Assembly (NCBI GenBank): GCA_045630405.1
Contig: JAZQTC010000022.1
Coordinates: 53,673 to 117,672 of the forward strand
Source of the DNA: Acutalibacteraceae bacterium
Lineage (GTDB): Bacteria > Bacillota > Clostridia > Oscillospirales > Acutalibacteraceae
Direction of reading: 5' to 3'
DNA: 64,000 nt
A model generated the notes under the pieces. That model did not search any database, had not been told where the DNA came from, and saw nothing but the letters and a program-made list of their open reading frames with translations. The position numbers were made by a program, and so were the translations under genes. This document shows, piece after piece, positions 9,714-17,747 of the stretch (positions are counted from its first letter, which is position 1; each line of letters opens with the position of its first letter).

Positions 9714-10080
9714 AATTATATATATCATCGTTTTCTTTCTGCTCCTTGCGGCAGAAATCTTCATCGGCGCATTCATAAACGATGCCTTTGTTCGTCCATA
9801 TATGGGTGACGTGCTTGTGGTAATGCTTATGTGTGCTTTTCTTCGCATTTTCTTTGCTGAAAAGCCGAAACTTCTGCCTCTTTATGCTACCGTTTTCGCC
9901 GTAGCAATCGAAATTCTTCAATATTTTGATTTCGTGAGCCTTATGGGTCTTGAAAACAACCGCATTTTAAGCATTGCTTTAGGCAGAACCTTTGACGTCA
10001 AAGACATAATCTGTTACATTGCAGGCGGCGCAATATTCTTTGCCGCCGAAGAAATAAGGAGGAGATGCAATGACAGCTGA
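9697..10080 (+). CDS. DUF2809-like small membrane protein
   Basis: VRPYMGDVLVV, IEILQYF, LGRTFD..D pattern. Confidence 0.7.
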   Translation: MKKKIRIIYIIVFFLLLAAEIFIGAFINDAFVRPYMGDVLVVMLMCAFLRIFFAEKPKLLPLYATVFAVAIEILQYFDFVSLMGLENNRILSIALGRTFDVKDIICYIAGGAIFFAAEEIRRRCNDS

Positions 10081-10726
10081 AAACATATTTTTTGCCATTG
10101 AAATAATCGGTACAATCGCATTCGCCATAACGGGTGTCATAACGTCTCTCGAAAAGAAATTTGACGTTTTCGGTGCATTGGTACTCGGCACAATGACGGC
10201 AGTTGGCGGCGGTATTGTCCGTGACCTTATTCTCGGCTACACTCCGCCTATGGCATTCCGCAAACCCGTTTATGCCCTGACAGCGCTTATCACCTCTCTT
10301 GCGGTTTTTGTTATTGCCTATTTCTTCGGCAGAAGAATAAAAAAACATTTTGAGATTTACTCGCAGGTTATCAATATTTTTGACTCAATCGGACTTGCGG
10401 TTTTTGTAATTGGCGGTATCAACAGCGCAATATCCTGCGGCTTTGGTGAGAATATGTTCCTTTCCGTTTTCGTCGCAACCCTGACGGGCGTTGGCGGCGG
10501 CGTGATGCGAGACATCATGGCAGGCAGAGTACCCACCATACTCCACAAAAGAGTTTATGCCCTTGCGGCAATCATCGGTGCAATTATATATTATGTATTG
10601 TATTTTTACGGAATTTGTCCCGCAACCCTTGCGGTCATCATCGGTGCAGGCTCCGTGCTGATAATCAGAATCCTTGCAACAATTTTCCGCTGGAATCTTC
10701 CGACGGTAAAAAACCTTGACGAATAA
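10070..10726 (+). CDS. TRIC/UPF0126 (YadS-like) membrane protein
   Basis: Internal duplication GTIAFAITG...TAVGGGIVRD / DSIGLAVF...TGVGGGVMRD. Confidence 0.9.
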   Translation: MTAENIFFAIEIIGTIAFAITGVITSLEKKFDVFGALVLGTMTAVGGGIVRDLILGYTPPMAFRKPVYALTALITSLAVFVIAYFFGRRIKKHFEIYSQVINIFDSIGLAVFVIGGINSAISCGFGENMFLSVFVATLTGVGGGVMRDIMAGRVPTILHKRVYALAAIIGAIIYYVLYFYGICPATLAVIIGAGSVLIIRILATIFRWNLPTVKNLDE

Positions 10727-10734
10727 AAACGAAA

Positions 10735-10767
10735 ACTCCGTAAGGTCGCCCTTACGGAGTCTTTTTT
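10735..10767. terminator. Bidirectional terminator between convergent genes
   Basis: ACTCCGTAAGG-tcgc-CCTTACGGAGT with T tract 3' and A tract 5'. Confidence 0.75.
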
Positions 10768-12520
10768 ATGCCTTGATTTTAAACAGTTTGCCATATTCTT
10801 TATAGAGTTTTTCGAACTCTGCGTTATGCTCATCCTTGACGGTTTCAAGGTATTCGTGTGCCTCAAAGGTGCCGTGTGCGGATTCAATAACCGCAACCGC
10901 AATGTTTGAGCAGTGGTCAGAAACTCTTTCGTAGTTGGTCAGCAGGTCGCTGAGCACAAAGCCAAGCTGAATTGTGCAGTTGCCGCCTCTGAGCCGTGCA
11001 ATATGGTTGCGCTTAACAATCATAATCAGGTCATCAATAACCTGCTCAAGAGGCTCAACCTTTTTGGCAAGGTCAACGTCATTGTTTTCAAAAGCTTCTG
11101 CGGTAATCTTCAGAATTTCTGCGATTGCCTGAGTGAGAACGTTTATTTCACGGTTTGCCTCGTCGGAGAAAACAATTTCTTTTTCGTGGATTTCCTTTGC
11201 AACGCCCAGCATATTGACTGCATGGTCGCCGATTCTTTCAAAATCGTCGATTGTGTGCAGAATCTTTGCAATGCTCTTTGAGTCCGCGTCGGAAACACCG
11301 ATTTTTGAAAGCTTCATCATATAGGTGCCCAGCTTGTCCTCGAATTTATCGATTTCAGCCTCTGTTTCAAGCACTTTGTCAGCTTTTTTGCTGTCATATC
11401 CGCCGAGAAGTCCGATTGAATCCGCAAAAGCCTTTTTGGAAAGCACGCACATCTGCTTGACAACGTCAAACGACTTCTGAACCGCAACGGTAGGCACGGT
11501 AAGCAGACGGTCGTCAAGGATAACGTCAAGCTCGTGCTTCTCTTCCCTGTCGGGAATAACCTTGTTTGCAAGCTTTTCAAGAAGCTTTGAGAAAGGCAGA
11601 AGAATTGCAGTTGTGACAACGTTGAAAATGCTGTGGATAATGGCAATCATAAAGGGGGTTGTTGCCTGCTCAACAAATGCCCATTTGAAAATCATATTGC
11701 CGATGCAGAAAGGAATGAGGCAGATGAGAGTGCCGAAAAGGTTGAATGAGAAGTGAACAACGGCAACCTTTTTTGCATTGCGGCTTACACCGATGCTGGA
11801 AATAACCGCTGTAACGCAGGTACCGATATTCTGACCCATAATTATGGGAATTGCAATGCCGTAGGTGATTCCGCCCGTCATTGAAAGAGCCTGCAAAATG
11901 GCAACGGATGCCGCCGAGCTCTGAATGATACCCGTGAATACCGCACCCACAATAACGGCAAGAACAGGATTTTTGAATGCAGTGAGAACGCTTGCAAATT
12001 CGGGCATTTCACCGAGAGGCTCCATTGCACCCGACATAAGATTCATACCGAACATCAGCACCGCAAAGCCGATAAGTACACTGCCGATATCTTTCAGCTT
12101 CGGCTTTTTGCCAACCATTATCATCAGCACGCCTGCAAAAGCAAGAATGGGTGAGAAATTGGAAGGCTTCAGCAGATTGACCCACACAACGTCGCTGTCA
12201 ATGCCTGCAAGGCTGAGAATCCAGGCGGTCAGGGTTGTTCCGATGTTTGAACCCATCAGCACTCCGATGGTCTGACCGAATTCAAGGATACCCGAGTTTA
12301 CAAGACCCACAAGCATAACCGTTACTGCCGATGACGACTGCACCGCAATGGTCATTCCTGCACCGAAAAGCATTGCAACAAGCTTGTTCTGAGTAACCTT
12401 TTTCAGATTTTTGTTAAGACTTCCGCCCGATGATTTTTCAAGTCCGTCGGACATAACTTTCATTCCGTAAAGGAAGAATGCAAGTCCTCCGAAAAGAGTT
12501 ATGATTGAAAAAACATCCAT
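10766..12520 (-). CDS. Na+/phosphate cotransporter family protein with C-terminal PhoU-like domain
   Basis: Two QSSSA repeats, GSNIGTT / GQNIGTC, C-terminal ERIGDHAVN and ERVSDHCSN. Confidence 0.92.
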   Translation of the reverse strand: MDVFSIITLFGGLAFFLYGMKVMSDGLEKSSGGSLNKNLKKVTQNKLVAMLFGAGMTIAVQSSSAVTVMLVGLVNSGILEFGQTIGVLMGSNIGTTLTAWILSLAGIDSDVVWVNLLKPSNFSPILAFAGVLMIMVGKKPKLKDIGSVLIGFAVLMFGMNLMSGAMEPLGEMPEFASVLTAFKNPVLAVIVGAVFTGIIQSSAASVAILQALSMTGGITYGIAIPIIMGQNIGTCVTAVISSIGVSRNAKKVAVVHFSFNLFGTLICLIPFCIGNMIFKWAFVEQATTPFMIAIIHSIFNVVTTAILLPFSKLLEKLANKVIPDREEKHELDVILDDRLLTVPTVAVQKSFDVVKQMCVLSKKAFADSIGLLGGYDSKKADKVLETEAEIDKFEDKLGTYMMKLSKIGVSDADSKSIAKILHTIDDFERIGDHAVNMLGVAKEIHEKEIVFSDEANREINVLTQAIAEILKITAEAFENNDVDLAKKVEPLEQVIDDLIMIVKRNHIARLRGGNCTIQLGFVLSDLLTNYERVSDHCSNIAVAVIESAHGTFEAHEYLETVKDEHNAEFEKLYKEYGKLFKIKA

Positions 12521-12611
12521 TTTACTCTCCCCTTTCGACGAGATATCGGTAAATTATATATATTGTATCATATATTTATGTAAAAATCACTACAAAAATG
12601 GAATTTTATGC

Positions 12612-12654
12612 AAAAAAACGGCTTACACGGGAATAAAACCCACATAAGCCGTTT
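12612..12654 (-). terminator. Intrinsic terminator closing the SCP2/aminotransferase/transketolase operon
   Basis: Minus strand AAACGGCTTA...TAAGCCGTTT followed by a run of Ts. Confidence 0.75.
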
Positions 12655-12668
12655 ATTTTGTTATTCGC

Positions 12669-13475
12669 TTATCTTGCGTAGTCGCCAACCATCAGCATAT
12701 AATTACCGATCTGTGCACCGAATTCGGGTGCACCGTCCATGATAAGCTTGCTGTCCTTTGTGAACTCAAGCATATCTGCGGTACCCATAAGGATGCCCAG
12801 TGCGCTGTCGAGACAGTCAAATCTCATTGTGAAGAAAGGAAGAGCGCGCTTGTAAACGCCTCTGCCTGCCTTTGACTTACCTGCCTTGATGCGGATGTAA
12901 GCAGAAATGTCGGGGTAACCGTCAACTGCCCAGGCATAAACTCGGTCAGGGCTTGTGAGAGTCCATCTGTGAATCTCTTCGTGACCCTGCTTGTTGAGCG
13001 TGCTGATACCGCTTGAAAGCAGGTAGAAATAGCACTTAACAAGGAGTTTTTTATCCTCTTCAGCTTCGGGAGCCTGTGTTGCGGTAAGCATTGAGGACAT
13101 TTTGAGAAGTGTCATCATAAATGCCGCAAAAACTGCAGGCTTCTTTGCAACGCCCTTCATCTTAGGAAGAGTTGAGGGGCCGATTTTTCCTTTGAAGAAT
13201 GCGTTCATCTGCTCAACACTCTTGAACTCAAGCTCGATGTGAGCATTGTCTGCAACCTTATCTGTGTGGCAGAGCCACTCGCCGCTGTTAACAACGTAGT
13301 GAGTTGCAAACTTTCCGTTGGGAGCGTCGGGGTCTTTTGCGCTGACCTGAATAACCGCATGAGCGTGCTCAAATTTCTTTGCAAGCTTGGGGTCATCCAT
13401 AGCAATGGTCTTTACAAGAGGCAGAACAGCACAAAGGAAAATTTTATTGGTAAGAATGTCTTCTCTTGAAGGCAT
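12669..13475 (-). CDS. Hypothetical protein with two SCP2 (sterol carrier protein 2)-like domains
   Basis: ELEFKSVEQMNAFFKG and TMRFDCLDSALGILMGTADMLEFTKDSKLIMDG resemble the SCP2 beta-helix-G...G.l.i.G pattern. Confidence 0.55.
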   Translation of the reverse strand: MPSREDILTNKIFLCAVLPLVKTIAMDDPKLAKKFEHAHAVIQVSAKDPDAPNGKFATHYVVNSGEWLCHTDKVADNAHIELEFKSVEQMNAFFKGKIGPSTLPKMKGVAKKPAVFAAFMMTLLKMSSMLTATQAPEAEEDKKLLVKCYFYLLSSGISTLNKQGHEEIHRWTLTSPDRVYAWAVDGYPDISAYIRIKAGKSKAGRGVYKRALPFFTMRFDCLDSALGILMGTADMLEFTKDSKLIMDGAPEFGAQIGNYMLMVGDYAR

Positions 13476-13513
13476 TTAAATCATTCCTTTCGCAATTTTA
13501 TCGGGATACTTTT

Positions 13514-13620
13514 CGCAACGAGCGAGAAAATAAAATAAATCTCGGAATTTGAGATTAGTTTCGCTTTCGCAGTGAGGGCCGCGTATTTCTATACGCAACT
13601 GAACGAGAAAGTGAAAATAA
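13514..13620. repeat. Imperfect direct repeat with short hairpins in the 151-bp intercistronic gap
   Basis: cgcaacgagcgagaaaataaaataa (13514-13538) vs cgcaactgaacgagaaagtgaaaataa (13594-13620); hairpins aatctc/gagatt and gcgtat/atacgc between them. Confidence 0.5.
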
Positions 13621-13626
13621 CTCAAA

Positions 13627-14637
13627 TTATGCTTCGTCATCCCAGTCGTCGTCGAGTTCGAAGTCCTTACCCATAACTTCACGAACAGCGTCAATGATAC
13701 CGTTCTGGTCGATGCCGAGAGTTGACATAATGTCCTCGTGGAGACCGATGGGTGCGAACTTATCCTGAATACCGAGCTGCTTGAATGCGCAACCCTTACC
13801 TGCCTCACCGATAACCTCTGCAACCCCTGAGCCGAGACCGCCGATAACGTTGTGGTCTTCTGCAGTGATGATTCTTCTGGTTTCCATAACAGCCTTTACG
13901 ATAGCTTCCTTATCGATGGGCTTGATTGTGTGCATATTGAGAACTCTTACCTTGAGACCGTCGTTTGTTTCAAGGAACTTTGCAGCCTGATATGCCTGGA
14001 AAACACATGAACCGCAAGCGATGATTGTGATATCTGAACCTTCGTTGATTGTAACAGCCTTACCAACTTCGAAGCCGTAGTCTGTGGTATCGTAAAGAAC
14101 ACGGTCAAAGCCTCTGTTGATACGGATGTAGTAAGGTCCGAAGTTATCGTATGCAGCGTGAACTGCGTTGTAAGTTTCAAGACCGTCTGCAGGGCAGATA
14201 ACTGTCAGGTTGGGGATTGAACGTGCAACTGCCATATCGCAGATAGCGTGGTGAGTTGAACCTGCCTGACCGAATGATGTGCCTGCGTGAGTAGCAATGA
14301 TTTTTGCGTTAACGTTCTGGTAGCAGATGTCTGTGTGAAGCTGGTCAGCACTTCTGAGAGAAGCAAAAACTGAGAATGTTGAGAGGAAAGGCACAAGACC
14401 TGCTCTTGCCATACCTGCAGCCATACCGAACATATTCTGCTCTGCAATACCTACGTTGAAGTATCTGTCGGGGAACTTGTCGCCGAACATACCGATTTTT
14501 GTTGATTTACCAAGGTCAGCTGTGAGAGCAACAACCTCGGGATGCTTTTCGCCAAGCTCGCAAAGAGCCTTACCGTAAATTTCAGCGGTGGAGAAAGCTG
14601 TTGATTCAGTTGCTGTATAGGTTAATCCGCCTGCCAT
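13627..14637 (-). CDS. Split transketolase, C-terminal (pyrimidine-binding + C-domain) subunit, atypical acceptor site
   Basis: TADLGKST, VGIAEQN, THAGTSFGQAGSTHH, YIRINRG, AEDHNVIGGLG. Confidence 0.92.
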   Translation of the reverse strand: MAGGLTYTATESTAFSTAEIYGKALCELGEKHPEVVALTADLGKSTKIGMFGDKFPDRYFNVGIAEQNMFGMAAGMARAGLVPFLSTFSVFASLRSADQLHTDICYQNVNAKIIATHAGTSFGQAGSTHHAICDMAVARSIPNLTVICPADGLETYNAVHAAYDNFGPYYIRINRGFDRVLYDTTDYGFEVGKAVTINEGSDITIIACGSCVFQAYQAAKFLETNDGLKVRVLNMHTIKPIDKEAIVKAVMETRRIITAEDHNVIGGLGSGVAEVIGEAGKGCAFKQLGIQDKFAPIGLHEDIMSTLGIDQNGIIDAVREVMGKDFELDDDWDDEA

Positions 14638-14639
14638 AA

Positions 14640-15509
14640 TCAGATGCCCTCCTTTTCTGCGCGAGCAACGCGTTTTGCATAGTATTTTTCAAGGCTTTCT
14701 TTTGCCTGTTCGTATTTCTCATCGTTGAGAGCGCCGTAGTGCCACTTGTAGTCGCCTTCCATGTAATCAACGCCTGCACCCTTAACTGTGTTAGCGATAA
14801 TCATAACGGGAGCGCCCTTATTTTCAAGAGCAAAATCAATAGCATCTGCAAGTTCGCTGAAGTTGTGGCCGTCAACTTCCTTAACGATGAAGCCGAATGA
14901 ACGCCACTTATCTGCGAAGGGTTCAAGAGCCATAACTTCTTCTGTGGGGCCGTCAATCATGCACTGGTTGCGGTCAACAAATGAAATGAGGTTATCAGCC
15001 TTGAAGTGAGCAGCTGACATTGCTGCTTCCCAGTTTGAACCTTCGTCGCATTCGCCGTCACCGAGGATACAATATGTCTTGTAATCCTTGCCGAGTACCT
15101 TTGCTGCAAGAGCAGTACCGAGAGCGATTGAAAGGCCGTGACCGAGTGAACCTGTTGAAGCGTCAACACCCTTAACCTTGTTTGAGTCAAGGTGGATACC
15201 CATTGTTGAGTTGCTGAGGTTAAACGTCTTGAGCTTTTCCTTATCGTCAAAGCCAACGTGGCAAACAAGGCTTGCAAGAGCAACGCCTGAGTGACCCTTA
15301 CTGAGGATGAAGCGGTCTCTGTCCTCCCACTGGGGGTTTGCAACGTCGTATTTCATGTACTTGTAATAGAGAATGGTGAGCATATCCATAACGCTCATAC
15401 CGCCGCCGATGTGAGCACTGCCTGCCCAGAAAGTTGTGTCAAGGCAAAGCTTACGCAGCTCGTGAGCCTGCTTTTCAAGCTCAAGCCATTCCTGCTTGGT
15501 TAATGCCAT
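14640..15509 (-). CDS. Split transketolase, N-terminal ThDP-binding subunit
   Basis: SAHIGG, RDRFILSKGH, STGSLGHG, GDGECDEG...N ThDP motif, KWHYG. Confidence 0.92.
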   Translation of the reverse strand: MALTKQEWLELEKQAHELRKLCLDTTFWAGSAHIGGGMSVMDMLTILYYKYMKYDVANPQWEDRDRFILSKGHSGVALASLVCHVGFDDKEKLKTFNLSNSTMGIHLDSNKVKGVDASTGSLGHGLSIALGTALAAKVLGKDYKTYCILGDGECDEGSNWEAAMSAAHFKADNLISFVDRNQCMIDGPTEEVMALEPFADKWRSFGFIVKEVDGHNFSELADAIDFALENKGAPVMIIANTVKGAGVDYMEGDYKWHYGALNDEKYEQAKESLEKYYAKRVARAEKEGI

Positions 15510-15566
15510 AGAGAATTCCTCCTTTTAATATCTGTAAGCGACATTTCGCTTTGGTTCCGAAAATTA

Positions 15567-16829
15567 TCAGCCAAGTTCGGGATGATTCTTGCGAAGAGTG
15601 TTGAATGCGTCTTCAGCAACGTCGATTGTGAACTTGATATCTTCATCTGAAAGTGATGCATTGATGAAGTGATTGTGGTGGTTTGTCATATATACGCCTC
15701 TCTTGACGATTTCAGCAATCCACTCCTGATGAAGCATAAGTGAATCGTCATCCTTAAGCATAAGGTAGAAGAGTGCGGGTTCGCCTGTAACGTTAAGGTT
15801 GAAGCCGTTATTTGCAGCAGCAGCCTTGAGACCGTCGCAAAGCATTGTGCCCTTTTCAAGACAAATCCTGGGAAGGTCGATTTCCTTCATCTTGTTGATA
15901 CAAGCAATTGCAGCCGCAAAGGGAACTGCGCTCATCCAGTAGCTGCCTGTGTAAGTAAGACCGCTGATTGCGCCCTTAAGCCATTCCTTACCGCAAAGTG
16001 CTGAAACATTCCAGCCGTTTGCAAGTGCTTTACAGAAGCAGATAAGGTCAGCTTCAATGCCGTAGAAATGGTCTGAACCTGCAAGATCAAGTCTGAAACC
16101 GCAACGAACGTCGTCGATGATAAGAACGATGCCCTTTTCTGTGCAAAGGTTACGTACCTTCTGCCAATAGCCTTCAGCAGGAAGAACGTTATCAAGGAAA
16201 TTGCCGTGCATATAAGGTGTTGAGATAAATGCAGCGATTTCGCCCTCGTTCTCTTCAACAACTTTCTTGAGACCTTCAAAGTCGTTCCAATCAACGTAAA
16301 GGTTGTTTGCAACGTCCTCGGGAAGAACACCGGGATAGTCAATCTTCTGGCACCAGGGAGCAACACCGTGGTAGTAGCCCTTAACGAAGATAATCTTCTT
16401 CTTGTGAGTTGCTGCTCTTGCAGTCATGATAGCAGCAGTTGTTGTGTCACCGCCGTTCTTTGCAAAGAAAGCCCAGTCTGCCGATGCAACGGTGTCAACC
16501 ATAAGCTCTGCAAACTCAATAATCTTTGTTGAAGGTGCGGTAACGCAGTTTTCAATCTTCATCTGCTCCATAACAGCCTTGTCAACGTCGGGGTCATTGT
16601 AACCGAGTACGTTGGGGCCGTATGCGCACATATAGTCGATATATCTGTTTCCGTCAACGTCCCAGAAGTAGCTGCCCTCTGCTCTCTGGCTGAAAAGAGG
16701 ATAAGCTGAAACGGGGATGCAGCAGCCCTCTGCAGGACCCTGATGGCCGTAAAGACCTGAGGGAATAACTTTTGCAGCTCTCTGGAAGAGTTCTGCACTC
16801 TTTGCGTGTGTGTTGATTTTCATGCTCAT
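15567..16829 (-). CDS. Class III PLP aminotransferase, FumI/GSA-aminomutase-like
   Basis: VIPSGLYGH, YIDYMCAYGPNVLGY, ADWAFFAKNGGD, YHG, IIDDVRCGFR, FCKALANG (PLP Lys), TGSYW. Confidence 0.9.
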   Translation of the reverse strand: MSMKINTHAKSAELFQRAAKVIPSGLYGHQGPAEGCCIPVSAYPLFSQRAEGSYFWDVDGNRYIDYMCAYGPNVLGYNDPDVDKAVMEQMKIENCVTAPSTKIIEFAELMVDTVASADWAFFAKNGGDTTTAAIMTARAATHKKKIIFVKGYYHGVAPWCQKIDYPGVLPEDVANNLYVDWNDFEGLKKVVEENEGEIAAFISTPYMHGNFLDNVLPAEGYWQKVRNLCTEKGIVLIIDDVRCGFRLDLAGSDHFYGIEADLICFCKALANGWNVSALCGKEWLKGAISGLTYTGSYWMSAVPFAAAIACINKMKEIDLPRICLEKGTMLCDGLKAAAANNGFNLNVTGEPALFYLMLKDDDSLMLHQEWIAEIVKRGVYMTNHHNHFINASLSDEDIKFTIDVAEDAFNTLRKNHPELG

Positions 16830-16841
16830 TTCTCTTCCTCC

Positions 16842-17600
16842 TTATGCAAGATACAGAGCAACTCTGTCAAGAATTCTGTTAAGGTTGTCAATCATTGAAA
16901 TCATACCCTTCATAACGATATCGCCTGTACCTACGCAGGCAACAGCGTTGACCTTGCCGTCAAAGAGGGCTCTTGCAAGCTCGATGCTTGAGAATTCCAT
17001 GATTGCTCTGGGTGATTCGCTGGGCTTCTTGATTCCGAGAAGTCTGTGGTTTTTGATTCTTACTGTTGTTGAGGTGCAATCCTTGATGCTGATTGAAATA
17101 TCACCGTCAACCATATATTTTGCGGAATGTTTGCCGATTTCATCATTGTTACCGATCTGTGCAATAGCAACAGTAATGGTATTGAGCATAAGCAACGTGC
17201 TGATGCGGAAGAAATCAGGATCTTCAAGGTCGGCAGGATCGGGTCTCATATACTTTGTGAGAAGATCTGTGAGCTTTGTGAAGTCGTTAAGCAGGAACTT
17301 AACGTGGATAAGACCCTTTGAGGGGATGGGTGTTGTTGTTCCGTCGATAAGTCCGTTGAACTTTTCGCAGGAGCTGAAGGGAAGCTTTACGTCGCACTTT
17401 GTGCAACCCTGCTCCATTCTGCACTTGCCGTTTGCAAATGTGATGGTTGCCTTGGGGCCGCCCTTTACGTCAAAGCCGATTGAAATGGGCTTTTTGTTGG
17501 TGAGGATACTGCCTGCCTCGGGAGCCAGCTCGCAGAGGTTTTCAAGAGTACCCAGAACGCCGTAAAGATTGATATACGCCAATGTTTTCTGATCAATCAT
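16842..17600 (-). CDS. Hypothetical protein with two SCP2-like domains
   Basis: ATITFANGKCRMEQG..KCDVKLPFSSCEKFNGLIDG and PRAIMEFSSIELARALFDGKVNAVACVGTGDIVMKG. Confidence 0.6.
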   Translation of the reverse strand: MIDQKTLAYINLYGVLGTLENLCELAPEAGSILTNKKPISIGFDVKGGPKATITFANGKCRMEQGCTKCDVKLPFSSCEKFNGLIDGTTTPIPSKGLIHVKFLLNDFTKLTDLLTKYMRPDPADLEDPDFFRISTLLMLNTITVAIAQIGNNDEIGKHSAKYMVDGDISISIKDCTSTTVRIKNHRLLGIKKPSESPRAIMEFSSIELARALFDGKVNAVACVGTGDIVMKGMISMIDNLNRILDRVALYLA

Positions 17601-17637
17601 TTTGATTTCCTCCTTTTAAATGAAAGATATTCAATTT

Positions 17638-17666
17638 ATTTTATCAAAATAATTATAACTTGTCAA
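17638..17666 (-). promoter_or_regulatory. Near-consensus sigma-A promoter of the five-gene operon
   Basis: Minus strand TTGACA-17 bp-TAAAAT, followed by AAGGAGG RBS. Confidence 0.75.
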
Positions 17667-17747
17667 CAAAGAAAGACTGCTGTTTTCAAATTTTCCACAT
17701 AAAATTACACAAAAAAGAAAGGGACAGCCTCAGCCGTCCCCCGATAT

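Noticed and set aside
13627-15509. Housekeeping tkt or steroid desmolase desAB call
   Set aside because: The D469 and R358 equivalents are changed, arguing against a pentose-phosphate role. DesAB remains a formal alternative, but there is no 20-HSDH or steroid transporter here and it would not explain the aminotransferase.
15567-16829. hemL (glutamate-1-semialdehyde aminomutase) call
   Set aside because: HemL signatures (IPGGVNSP, FDEVMTGFR) are absent, no hem genes are nearby, and the motifs fit FumI-type enzymes better.
16810-17565. 251-aa plus-strand ORF, and similar long antisense ORFs (18496-19254, 5922-6725, 8385-9068, 37821-38315, 59258-59806)
   Set aside because: They lie antisense to well-supported genes, with no RBS or recognisable motifs; these are shadow ORFs from codon bias.
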